A stretch of DNA of 63,880 nucleotides, the filler included, from Candidatus Hydrogenedentota bacterium (lineage in GTDB: Bacteria; JBFMHD01): the NCBI GenBank assembly GCA_040752395.1. It is 6 parts of 6 records of this genome, joined end to end, with 100 filler letters (N's around TTAATTAATTAA, not from the genome) between each part and the next. Parts side by side here need not be neighbours in the genome. Positions count along the whole stretch, not along the records: positions 39,839 to 48,023 come from JBFMHD010000123.1; positions 48,124 to 56,243 come from JBFMHD010000124.1; 4 more parts are not named here. The stretch is one strand, 5' to 3'. Position numbers and translations under genes: made by a program. The notes under the pieces are model-generated. The model saw nothing but the letters and a program-made list of their open reading frames with translations, was not told where the DNA came from and did not search any database. This document shows positions 43,310-53,007 of this stretch, one piece after another. How positions within the stretch are numbered: position 1 is the stretch's first letter; every line of letters starts with the position of its first letter.

Positions 43310-44247
43310 AAAGGTTCAAATTTTTCATAGTAATTTTATTAAGTAGTGCGAGCATACTAAAATCTGGTACCCCTAATGGTGCTTCTTTTCTTGAGATGGT
43401 AACTCATCCGCGGCCTGCTGCGCTCGGCGAAGCGTATGTTGCAGCTGGAGACGATGTTTATAGCTTAACATACAATCCATCAGCTTCAGCAATTATAAAA
43501 ACCCCGGAACTAGGGGCTGCATATCTCAATTTATTTGATGAGATAAATTTAAATAGTTTTTCTATAGTTTATCCGTTTATGGATAGATTTGCTGTTGGGG
43601 GCGATATATTTTATTTTTCGTTTGATGACATAAGAAGAGATGAAAACGGGACCGCTAATGGCGAACTGAGTGTTAATAGTTTTGCAGTAACGCTTAACGG
43701 AGCGTTTAAAATAACAGATTACTTGGCAGCTGGTGCTAATGTAAGATGGTTAAGGGAGGATTTTGATGTTGTGAGTGGAACTACTGTTGGGTTTGATCTG
43801 GGTGCACTTCTTAAGGTTCCGTTATATAAAGAATATGGTGAACTCAAGGGTGGTATAGCTATTCGGAATATCGGACCTGATATAGACCTTGGCAATGCTT
43901 CTGATAATTTACCACTAACAGCAGCTGTGGGTCTATCATATAAGATTTTAGATTCGCTTTTATTCACAGCAGAATACCAATATGAAGACGATGATTCTTA
44001 TAATCTCGGAGTTGAATATGTCTGGGCTGAGATGTTATCATTAAGGATGGGCGCACGTTTTGATTCAAGGCAACCGGATGATAGCAGATTAAGGTTTGGT
44101 TGTGGGTTTAAATATCCTCGATTTGGGGCATTAGATTATACATACGAGGACCAGGAAAATTTCGGTGCTATGCACCGAATCTCTTACAGATATATATTTA
44201 GGGAACAAGAGAAAACGCCTACCATTGGTTCAAAATACAGACCATAG
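43306..44247 (+). CDS. PorV/PorQ-like outer-membrane beta-barrel
   Basis: GASFL..PRPAALGEAYVA..DD..YNPS motif, amphipathic strands, LDYTY..HRISYRYIF; overlaps the protease stop. Confidence 0.75.
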   Translation: MKRFKFFIVILLSSASILKSGTPNGASFLEMVTHPRPAALGEAYVAAGDDVYSLTYNPSASAIIKTPELGAAYLNLFDEINLNSFSIVYPFMDRFAVGGDIFYFSFDDIRRDENGTANGELSVNSFAVTLNGAFKITDYLAAGANVRWLREDFDVVSGTTVGFDLGALLKVPLYKEYGELKGGIAIRNIGPDIDLGNASDNLPLTAAVGLSYKILDSLLFTAEYQYEDDDSYNLGVEYVWAEMLSLRMGARFDSRQPDDSRLRFGCGFKYPRFGALDYTYEDQENFGAMHRISYRYIFREQEKTPTIGSKYRP

Positions 44248-44251
44248 ACTG

Positions 44252-44342
44252 AGAACGTGTGAAAAAATTAGACTTTTTTAGAAAATGGGGACTGATAATA
44301 AAAAAGTTAGCAGGTATTAATGTTGATTATTTCACACGTTCT
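44252..44342. mobile_element. MITE family 1
   Basis: Nearly identical to 18797-18888. Confidence 0.7.
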
Positions 44343-44812
44343 GAGGGAATACAAAAAAATTCATAAAGAGGTCTCTTTTAAAACCCTGATTATCGCATCT
44401 AAAGATGCTCACTACATTTTTTATTTTTTGTAATTCCAATATAATTATTTAATGCTGTATAAATAACGAGACTGTACAAAGAAAAGACACTTTATCTTTC
44501 TTTTCCGTTATCTTGCCTCTTGCTTCTAAACAAAGGCACAAAGGTACAAAGATAAAAAGATTAAATGCAAATTGCAAAATTAGTCTCATTACTAATGCAG
44601 AGGTCAATAATATAATGTAGTGAGGGTCACAAGACCCGTAGTAGACTGAGGGGATATCAAGAAGCAAGAGGCACAAAGGCACAAAGTTTTTTCTGACTTC
44701 TGCAATGAGATACCCGATCAACTTATTATTTACAGAAATTGTTTTATTCAAATAGTGTACACGCATTTAAAGATGAAACATAAAGTAAACTGAAAGAGAA
44801 GATAGAGATTTT

Positions 44813-47668
44813 TCAAGCTATTGGCAATATGATTGTAAAGACAGCGCCTTGTTCAGGATGGTTTACAGCCACAATGGTGCCATTATGATAGGATAATATT
44901 CTTTTAGCGATAGCGAGCCCGAGGCCGGTTCCCTGTTCTTTATCTGTATAAAACGGTTCGAATATTTTATCAAGGTGTTCTTTTTTTATTCCCGGGCCAC
45001 GGTCTCTAATTTCTACTGATACAGTATTATCACTTCGATGTCTCAAAGTGATATTAATAATCTGGTGTGGGCTACTAACTGAGGCAGCGTTATCTATAAC
45101 ATTCAGGAATACTCGGGTAAGAAGGCTTTCATCCGCATTAATCCACGGTATCTCTTCAAATTTCTGGAACTCAAAGTTATAATTTTCAAATTTAGGCGAG
45201 AGAGTTATACATTTTTTAAGAAGGTTTTCTACATTTACAGCCTTTTTATTTAGAGTATATTCGCGGGTATAATCAAGGATATTTTCAACCATCTTTTCAA
45301 GTCTCTCGGTCTCTTCAAGAATAATGTGTAAATAATCAGCTCTGTAACCTGTTTTGAGCATTCGTCTTACATAACCGCCAACAGAGGAAAGTGGATTTTT
45401 GAAATCATGTGCGATAGTAGAAGCCATCTGACCAACAGCAGCCAATCGTTCGCCCTGAATAAGCTTATCTGTGGTGTCTTTCAATTCCGAATGTGCATTA
45501 GTAAGTCTCTGATATAATGAGACACTTTCTATTGATAGTCCGGCAAGATTTGCGATTGTCTGGAGACTCGAGGCTTTTTCTTTTGTTGGTTTTTGTTTGG
45601 TGTATAAATTGTCTACAGATAAGATACCTATATTTTTTTCTTTTGAGACTATGGGTACTACTACCATGGTATCAGCATCGACAAGATTTAAAAAGAGGGG
45701 ATGAATTTTTGTAGGTGGGTCGATATGAGCAGTGAAAGGATATCCCTGGAGAAAATTTACAATCGGGACTGAGTCTTTGTCTTTGAGCGGTATTTTAACG
45801 CTACAGACACGTTTATTGAATTTACTCTCTTTTATATTTTTTATATCGATATCGGTATAGAAAAAGTCTTCAAGACGTATCCCGACTTTCTGAGCACTTC
45901 TCCAGAGTATATCCACTTCATCAATAGTAGCTGGTCCAATAGCAAAGGTGCCAACAAGAAGATCGCCGTCCTCTAGAAATATAACACAGCGATTAAAACC
46001 GACCCCAACACCAGCGGTTACAGCAGTAGAGATGATATACATTATCTGGTCAAGATCCATTGCGCCAAGAAGTGAAACACTAATTTTGTTTATGAGATTG
46101 AGTTCATTATAACTTTTATCTTTTTCTCTTTCCCGTTCAGAGAGCTGATGATGGAGTTTGGCATTGCTGTATGATTGTGAAGCGTGTAAAGCAAAAATTG
46201 ACAATAGATGTAAATCAGCATCAGTAAAATTTGTGATATTACCTGATGGTGTTAGTTTATCGTAAACAGTAATCGTTCCTATAACGTTATTTTTTTCTAA
46301 CAATGGTATACAGATAGCAGAATGGACAGCACTTTTATTTATTTTACTGCATCTTGGGTCTTTAGAGACATCTGGTATAAGAACGCTTTCTTTATGTTTA
46401 GCTACCCAACCGGCAAGCCCCTCGCCGATTTTTCGTGAACTATCGTACGAATAATCAGGGTCTATACCGTAATGGGATACTATCTGTAATTCATTCTGCT
46501 CATTTAATATTCGCAGAACACAGCCACGGCCGCCAATAACTTCACAGCTGTACTGGACGATATTATTAAGAACAGTTGATAAGCTGAGAGAGGCACTTAA
46601 GAACTTAGATTTTTCAAAAAGTAAGGAGAGTTCTTTTGTTTTACGCGTCATTTCAGCGTAGAATTTTGCGTTTCGCAGAGCACCGGATATCTGATTTGAG
46701 AGGGTTAATACAAAATCAATTTCTTTATCTGAAAAATGTCTAAAATTTTTTGTGAAAAGAAAAATTATTCCTTCGATATTTTCATTATAAGTAATAGGGA
46801 CGCATAAAAGAGAACGAATGCTTATATTTGGTAAAGAACCGATTATTAAAGGGAAATATTTTGATTCCTCAGAATGCATTGAGATTGAAGTATTATTCTT
46901 TATCTCTAAAAGAAATTTTTCGATTTTATCCTCTGAAATCTCGATATGATGAATAAATTCTTCAGGAACACCACACCCGGATTCAAGAAAAAAGCGCGGT
47001 ATTGTGGTAGATGTATCTTTTAACAGTATAAAACTACCATCGGTATTGATTACACTCGCTAAAGCGCCTGAAACAACATCCAGTATCTTCTGGATATCAA
47101 GGGTCGAGGTAATAAATATTGAGAGGTCCCTTATTGTCTCAAGCTGTTCAAGCTCAAGACTTTTTGAAGGAGTATAAGTCTCTTTACTTATAAGCTCAGA
47201 GATAGTATTTAAATATTTTAAATCAGTCGAGATTTCAGAAAACCGTTTTAAAGGGACACTCTCATAAGAAGAAAATAAAAATTCAGGTTTGAAACTATAA
47301 TCAGCTGCAATCTTACTGAAATCAGGCAGTGTAGAGCCTATCTGTCTTATACCGCACAGTAGTATCGTATAACGTTCTTTCTCTGATAGCTGAAATTTTG
47401 AAGAGATTATTATTAAACCAAATGGGCAGGTATTTATCACTGAATGTGGAGATCCTAGGCCTTTTGAAGTGATATCAGCCCAGCATTCCTCACACTCTAT
47501 TCTACTTTTATCACTTGAATGTATGAGTTCGCAGAAAGGGTGAGGTCGGTTATTACTTCCAAGTAATATTTTGCCATCTGATTTCAGAATAATATTATAA
47601 GGCCAGTCAGAGAACGACCTTTTAAGATATTCTTCAATCTTTTGAAAAAATGATTTATCTATCTCCAT
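44813..47668 (-). CDS. Cytoplasmic histidine kinase (PocR-like plus three GAF domains)
   Basis: PFC..I..C..TCPFGL PocR-like motif, GAF repeats, IAHDFKNPL H-box, NVIDNA, DRGPG, GTGLGL. Confidence 0.88.
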   Translation of the reverse strand: MEIDKSFFQKIEEYLKRSFSDWPYNIILKSDGKILLGSNNRPHPFCELIHSSDKSRIECEECWADITSKGLGSPHSVINTCPFGLIIISSKFQLSEKERYTILLCGIRQIGSTLPDFSKIAADYSFKPEFLFSSYESVPLKRFSEISTDLKYLNTISELISKETYTPSKSLELEQLETIRDLSIFITSTLDIQKILDVVSGALASVINTDGSFILLKDTSTTIPRFFLESGCGVPEEFIHHIEISEDKIEKFLLEIKNNTSISMHSEESKYFPLIIGSLPNISIRSLLCVPITYNENIEGIIFLFTKNFRHFSDKEIDFVLTLSNQISGALRNAKFYAEMTRKTKELSLLFEKSKFLSASLSLSTVLNNIVQYSCEVIGGRGCVLRILNEQNELQIVSHYGIDPDYSYDSSRKIGEGLAGWVAKHKESVLIPDVSKDPRCSKINKSAVHSAICIPLLEKNNVIGTITVYDKLTPSGNITNFTDADLHLLSIFALHASQSYSNAKLHHQLSEREREKDKSYNELNLINKISVSLLGAMDLDQIMYIISTAVTAGVGVGFNRCVIFLEDGDLLVGTFAIGPATIDEVDILWRSAQKVGIRLEDFFYTDIDIKNIKESKFNKRVCSVKIPLKDKDSVPIVNFLQGYPFTAHIDPPTKIHPLFLNLVDADTMVVVPIVSKEKNIGILSVDNLYTKQKPTKEKASSLQTIANLAGLSIESVSLYQRLTNAHSELKDTTDKLIQGERLAAVGQMASTIAHDFKNPLSSVGGYVRRMLKTGYRADYLHIILEETERLEKMVENILDYTREYTLNKKAVNVENLLKKCITLSPKFENYNFEFQKFEEIPWINADESLLTRVFLNVIDNAASVSSPHQIINITLRHRSDNTVSVEIRDRGPGIKKEHLDKIFEPFYTDKEQGTGLGLAIAKRILSYHNGTIVAVNHPEQGAVFTIILPIA

Positions 47669-47776
47669 ACTTTACTATTATAAATTTCTTCACATTATTA
47701 TGCAACAATTTTTAAACCAGGTTGCACATCATATTACTCACCAATGTGGTTTCTTAATCTCGCTTCTTAATATAAC

Positions 47777-47907
47777 GAGGTTTCTGAAAAACCCTGTTTA
47801 TCGCATCTAAAGATGCTCACTACATTTTTTATTTTTTGTAATTTCAATATAATGTAAAGAGGGTCACAAGACCCGTCTTTAAAAAATGAGGTTTTAAAAG
47901 AGACCTC
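47777..47907. mobile_element. MITE family 2, reversed copy
   Basis: GAGGTTTCTGAAAAACC..GGTTTTAAAAGAGACCTC; interior matches the reverse complement of 14679-14838. Confidence 0.6.
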
Positions 47908-48023
47908 ATAACCGTGGGTTGACACTACCTAATGCTGGTACGGTATGTTTTTAATAATTGTTAAAGACCTGTAGATTTGTTCAAATAGAATAGTTCTTGC
48001 GAGAAGATATGGGAGATTTAAAC

Positions 48024-48123
48024 NNNNNNNNNNNNNNNNNNNNNNNNNNNNNNNNNNNNNNNNNNNNTTAATTAATTAANNNNNNNNNNNNNNNNNNNNN
48101 NNNNNNNNNNNNNNNNNNNNNNN
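48024..48123. other. Artificial contig linker
   Basis: N run with TTAATTAATTAA. Confidence 0.98.
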
Positions 48124-49017
48124 TTATCAGTAGATATTTGCTCATCTTTAAAAATAAATAAAATAAAAGATGGTTTTGAGATGGATTACGACCTCGGCAC
48201 AGGGTTCTGGGTACAGGTATGGCAGAATAAAAACCTGAACCTGAAAGAATATACTTCAATCAAACTTAAGGTTGCTATGCAAGGTGAGAAAAACCGTATC
48301 GAGATAAAACTTGTTGACAGCGATGGAACGAATTTTGGCTATAATATCGAAGATATGAACACAGATGGTAACGTAAAAGAGTTATTGATACCATTTTCGG
48401 ATTTCAGGTATTTCTGGGGCGGCGATAGTAATCTTGAGTGGGATAATGTAAAATCAATATGGATAGCGATCTCAAAGATGAACGGCGGTAAAGGGAAACT
48501 CGCTGTTACTTCTGTAGAACTCAGTGACGAAGCGCCACTTAAAGTTGAAAAATCTGATCCATATTATTTGCCGATGGAATCATCCTCAGACTGGAGAATA
48601 TCACAAGATGAAGGAACTGAACTTAAAACCAGTGTAGTTGCTGGAAACAAAGGAAACGCTGTAGCACTTGAGTATGATCTTGTTAAAGGTAAATGGGTAC
48701 AGATTTATAAAAATGTTAGCCTTGATTTAATACCGTATAAAGAGATCTCCTTATGGTTTAAAGCAACTGGTAATCATAACCGTATTGAACTAAAACTCGT
48801 TGATAAAGACGGTACGAATTATGGGTATCGTATAGAAGATTTAACACGGGACAATAAATGGCACAGGTATAAAATACCATTTGAAAAGTTTGAATATTTC
48901 TGGGGTGGTGATAATAATCTTGATGCAAAAAATATCATTTCAATCTGGATAGCTATCTCTGAAATTGAAGGTTTTGACGGCGAGGTTGCTGTCGATGAAA
49001 TCGAATTTATTAAATAG
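48124..49017 (+). CDS. Tandem CBM11/CIA30-like carbohydrate-binding protein, 5'-truncated
   Basis: Frame open back to the gap; two internal repeats YDL..G.WVQ..NRIE.KLVD.DGTN.GY..IPF..F.YFWGGD..IWIAIS. Confidence 0.65.
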   Translation, partial: LSVDICSSLKINKIKDGFEMDYDLGTGFWVQVWQNKNLNLKEYTSIKLKVAMQGEKNRIEIKLVDSDGTNFGYNIEDMNTDGNVKELLIPFSDFRYFWGGDSNLEWDNVKSIWIAISKMNGGKGKLAVTSVELSDEAPLKVEKSDPYYLPMESSSDWRISQDEGTELKTSVVAGNKGNAVALEYDLVKGKWVQIYKNVSLDLIPYKEISLWFKATGNHNRIELKLVDKDGTNYGYRIEDLTRDNKWHRYKIPFEKFEYFWGGDNNLDAKNIISIWIAISEIEGFDGEVAVDEIEFIK

Positions 49018-49117
49018 ATTTCTGTGCCTTTGCTACTTTGTGCCTAATGGTGGGTAATTTACTTTTGCAGGACGGCATATCAGCTATGCGACTTTCTTTA
49101 GAATGTCGAATTGTAAA

Positions 49118-49175
49118 TTTCACCCCATTAGATATATATGATTAAATATCATTTTAACTTATCTAACAGGGTAAA
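49118..49175. repeat. Short inverted-repeat element
   Basis: TTCACCCCATTAGAT..ATCTAACAGGGTAA. Confidence 0.45.
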
Positions 49176-49190
49176 AAGGCAAATTTTAAA

Positions 49191-51860
49191 ATGATAAGAA
49201 AAAAAACAATTTGCAATTTAATATTCGCAATTTATAATATATTTTTCTTATCCTTATCTCTACACGCTAATACAACTCTACTTATTGATAACTTTGATGA
49301 TGGGAGCGACCCGCTTGAAATAGAGGCAGGAAGCACATCGAACACTTGCTGGAACACAGCAACACCTGTCTATACTCAGGAATCAAGATTCGGTAATACC
49401 GGTTATTCTTATAAACTTGTGGTCTCTGGTAATGATGGCGGAGCCATTATCTCCTGGCCTACCCCTAAAAATTTCAGCCAATACAAGGCTCTGACATTCA
49501 GAGTCAAAGGTTCAGCTACAAATGCCGACTGCCGGATAAATCTCGAAGACAATAATGGCGGTGGACCTGCAACTGATAAAAGACCATTCATCGGTAATTT
49601 CTTGCAATACGGCGTCCAGACCTACTGGCAGAAAGTAACTATACCTGTTTGCTCACTCTGTTATGACGAAGATAGTACCGCAATTACAAAATTAGTTTTC
49701 CTCGAAGATAATCGTGACGGAACAATCTATTTAGATGATTTCGCACTCGTATCCGCAGCCAGTCCTGTATGGATAGACAATTTTGATGATAGTAATACCA
49801 CTTCAAACTTCAATACTGACTGGAGTGATTGGTGGGGTACCGATGGACAGCTTATCAGTACTCAGTTTGTTAGTTCACCCTGTGCTTATAATGTTTACAT
49901 AACAGGTGCCAATGGCGCAAGATATGTAGAACTGCCATCTTATGACATCAGTGGTGGCGATAGTAGTCAAATGAACCTGAAATTCAATGTTAAGGGTAAA
50001 ATAACCACTACTCCAGTTGAAGGCTGGCTCATTGATATACCAGGTGCTGATGAAAATAAAGTTGTAATAGTTGGTAATGGGAATAACCTTATTGATGGTG
50101 AAGATACAATTACTGACGATATCTGGAGAACAGCTATAATACCTTTAACACATAGTGAATGGCAGGATGCACCAAGTCCTGATAATTTTACAGATGTTCA
50201 AAGATTTGGTATATACATGGCAGCTTGGGGTGATTCTATTATTATCGACAATATTCGTATCCAGGATGATTCTTATCCCGCTACACCATACAATCTCAAA
50301 GACGATACCCAGACAATCTCAAATAGCCACATCTTTGATTCCTGGAACATTTTAACCTGTAACGCAGCTAAAGAGTCTTCTGACTCAACACTTCATTATG
50401 TCTGGTTTGAATACTCGTATGATAATACTACCTGGTATCGTATCAGTAATGAGTATGATTGTAGTGACGAGACATATAGTTTTATCTGGTATGATACAGG
50501 TATCAGCGAAACAATGGCTTTTTCTATTCGTGCGGTTGCTGAGGATGTCACTGGTAATACCTCAGCTTCCTCCACTTTCTCAAACTGTTATTACGATAGA
50601 ACAAACCCCTCTATGATTAGTGCGTTGATAACAAGTGCTACAACTATTTTAGTGTATTTGAATGAAGATATATCTGCTTCGACCCTCTCATCTTCTCAAT
50701 TCAAAGTTAATGGGATATCGATATCATCGGTTTCTGAGATACAACCAGGTGTTTTACAATTAACTTTATCAACCCCTATCTCGTTATCAGAAACCGCTTC
50801 CATCTATCATACCGGTGGTCTATCAGACCTCGCTTCCAATGTCTCAACAGAGGATACTATAGCTTCATCAGTTGTATCAACTTTATCGCTTGCAATCATC
50901 GCTAACCAGACAACAGTATATATTTATTTTAATCTACCTGTTGATTCTAATTCTCTTGATTCTTCTGATTTTAAGATTAATAATGATACTGTTACTTCTG
51001 CGGTATGGATTGATTCATACACGGTAAGATTAACATATACAGGTCTTAATTTTGGTGAGAGTGCGCAAGTATCAATAGTTTCAACCATTCTTGATTCAGA
51101 TGGTGATACTATACCTCAAACAAGTGTAACCGGTTCCTGGACAATAATACCTGCAAGCGGTGGTACTATCAGATGTTATGCTGACTCAGCTACGTATGTT
51201 ACTTTTCCAGCCGGCGCTGCAAGTGAACCTTTAGTAATAATAATCGCTGTTGATACCTCATTCTCAAATATTCTCTCTTATGATTTTAAAGCATATAAGT
51301 ATTCTAATGGTTCTGAAGTCAAAAATTTTTTTAGCCCGGTTACTATTGTGATCCACTATTATGACCATAACACGGACGGCTTTGTAGATGTTGTTGGTAA
51401 CGTACCACTAACCGAAGCTGCTTCAAAACTCGGAATGTATTATTACGATAATGGACAATGGATATTTGTATCAAATAATGTTAATACTCAAACTCAGAGT
51501 ATTACGGGTACTGTAAATCATTTTACACTTTTTGCGATACAGGAATTAACCGGTATTACAGGTCAATTCAGATTCTTAACCGGCATTATAAACCCAGAAC
51601 CAAATCCATTCACACCAAATGGCGATGGGATCAATGACCGAGCACGATGGCATTTTGAAAATATTAGTAGCGGTGTTGTAACCTTGAAAATATTTAATCT
51701 ACGTGGACAATTAGTGGACGAGTTGACTTCAACAGGTGCTACTGAGATCGAATGGGATGGTAAAAATCGTTCAGGTAACCCTGCAAAATCCGGGGTCTAT
51801 ATCTATAGATTAGAGGGCCCAGGTCAAACACATACAGGAACCATAGTCCTGGCACGATGA
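49191..51860 (+). CDS. Large secreted protein: CBM11-like domains, Ig-like repeats and T9SS type-B-like C-terminal domain
   Basis: Signal peptide; repeated IDNFDD..TF.VKG..W..V.IP..IYLDD modules; NHFTLFAI; PNPFTPNGDGIND..IFNLRGQLV..WDG..GVYIY..GTIVLAR. Confidence 0.75.
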   Translation: MIRKKTICNLIFAIYNIFFLSLSLHANTTLLIDNFDDGSDPLEIEAGSTSNTCWNTATPVYTQESRFGNTGYSYKLVVSGNDGGAIISWPTPKNFSQYKALTFRVKGSATNADCRINLEDNNGGGPATDKRPFIGNFLQYGVQTYWQKVTIPVCSLCYDEDSTAITKLVFLEDNRDGTIYLDDFALVSAASPVWIDNFDDSNTTSNFNTDWSDWWGTDGQLISTQFVSSPCAYNVYITGANGARYVELPSYDISGGDSSQMNLKFNVKGKITTTPVEGWLIDIPGADENKVVIVGNGNNLIDGEDTITDDIWRTAIIPLTHSEWQDAPSPDNFTDVQRFGIYMAAWGDSIIIDNIRIQDDSYPATPYNLKDDTQTISNSHIFDSWNILTCNAAKESSDSTLHYVWFEYSYDNTTWYRISNEYDCSDETYSFIWYDTGISETMAFSIRAVAEDVTGNTSASSTFSNCYYDRTNPSMISALITSATTILVYLNEDISASTLSSSQFKVNGISISSVSEIQPGVLQLTLSTPISLSETASIYHTGGLSDLASNVSTEDTIASSVVSTLSLAIIANQTTVYIYFNLPVDSNSLDSSDFKINNDTVTSAVWIDSYTVRLTYTGLNFGESAQVSIVSTILDSDGDTIPQTSVTGSWTIIPASGGTIRCYADSATYVTFPAGAASEPLVIIIAVDTSFSNILSYDFKAYKYSNGSEVKNFFSPVTIVIHYYDHNTDGFVDVVGNVPLTEAASKLGMYYYDNGQWIFVSNNVNTQTQSITGTVNHFTLFAIQELTGITGQFRFLTGIINPEPNPFTPNGDGINDRARWHFENISSGVVTLKIFNLRGQLVDELTSTGATEIEWDGKNRSGNPAKSGVYIYRLEGPGQTHTGTIVLAR

Positions 51861-51983
51861 GGCAGTGCCTCAAGCCATTCTACCATCAGGTAACTGTTAT
51901 GCCATACTGAAAGAGCGGATTCTCCACGAAAAAAGCGAAACCTTGTTGACAAAGAGACGGATGAGGCAGTGCCTCAAGCCATT
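51856..51983. repeat. 24-bp direct repeat around an 80-bp core
   Basis: GATGAGGCAGTGCCTCAAGCCATT at 51856 and 51960; core homologous to 32551-32666. Confidence 0.75.
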
Positions 51984-52086
51984 ACAACGTTCTACGAATG
52001 TTGAATTGTAAATTGAAGATTGGAAATTGCAGAATGCAAAAACAATTAAAATAAATTTGACTTTTGCATTTTACAATTAGAGAGAG

Positions 52087-53007
52087 TTGAGAATGAAAAA
52101 ATTAGCCGCTATAACTATCTTAATTTTAATCTCTAAATCCGTGATTCATTCGTTTGATGCTTTTACTCTTTCACCTCGCATTATAGGTGTTGGCAGCTCG
52201 ATGGTTGCTATCTCATCGGATGAAGGGTCATTATTTAATGGTGTTGCCGGGGCCTCTCATAGAAAACACTGGAGTTTTACTGCATCTTATGCTATGCCTT
52301 ATATCAATCTTGATGATGATGATATCAGACAGGGTTATCTTGGCATCGTAGGCCCTGTACGTAATGGCTCATTGAGTTTTGCCTGGGGTAATTTAAGCAC
52401 TAATATTTACAGCGAAGATGCTATTCTGATTGGCTATGCGAAAAATATCGCAAAGTATTTTGATTTTCTTGATAAAGCCTTTGCTGGTATCAGTCTGAAA
52501 TATTTACGTAAAGACTATCAAGCTAACAGATATACATTAATCGACCCTGTTTTTCAGCAGGGGAACGATATCGACGCTTTTACTTTTGATATCTCTTATC
52601 AGCAGGAGATAAAAAATAAATTGCGTGTAGGGTTCTCTTTTGAGAACCTTACTAAACCTGATTTGGGTTTGAAAGCAAAAGATGAGGTTGAACGTGTTTT
52701 CCGTATCGGGATAGCGTTTGTGAAACCCAAAGATAACCATTATAAATGTGTTGAATTATCAGGCGAACTCAATGGTGACGATTTTTTTGGTCATTTCGGC
52801 GCTGAATATCCTGTCTTTAACGGGTTACTTATTCTACGAAGCGGTTATGAGTTCGGGTCTGAAAGATTATCTAATTTATCATTCGGGTTTGGAATCTCAA
52901 CTTTTAAATCTAAATTTACGCTGGATTATGCATTTAGAATATCATTAAAAGGTGCGGATGATGATATGAACGGCTCGCATTATGCAGGTATTTCATATGG
53001 CTATTAA
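52087..53007 (+). CDS. PorV/PorP-like outer-membrane beta-barrel
   Basis: SPRIIGVGSSMVAISSDEGSLFN.AG, FDI, ENL..P, LDYAF, C-terminal HYAGISYGY. Confidence 0.7.
   Translation: MRMKKLAAITILILISKSVIHSFDAFTLSPRIIGVGSSMVAISSDEGSLFNGVAGASHRKHWSFTASYAMPYINLDDDDIRQGYLGIVGPVRNGSLSFAWGNLSTNIYSEDAILIGYAKNIAKYFDFLDKAFAGISLKYLRKDYQANRYTLIDPVFQQGNDIDAFTFDISYQQEIKNKLRVGFSFENLTKPDLGLKAKDEVERVFRIGIAFVKPKDNHYKCVELSGELNGDDFFGHFGAEYPVFNGLLILRSGYEFGSERLSNLSFGFGISTFKSKFTLDYAFRISLKGADDDMNGSHYAGISYGY

Noticed and set aside
51856-51983. 24-bp palindromic direct repeat as a mini CRISPR array
   Set aside because: Only two repeats, the 80-bp spacer is too long and is conserved at other loci, and no cas genes are present.
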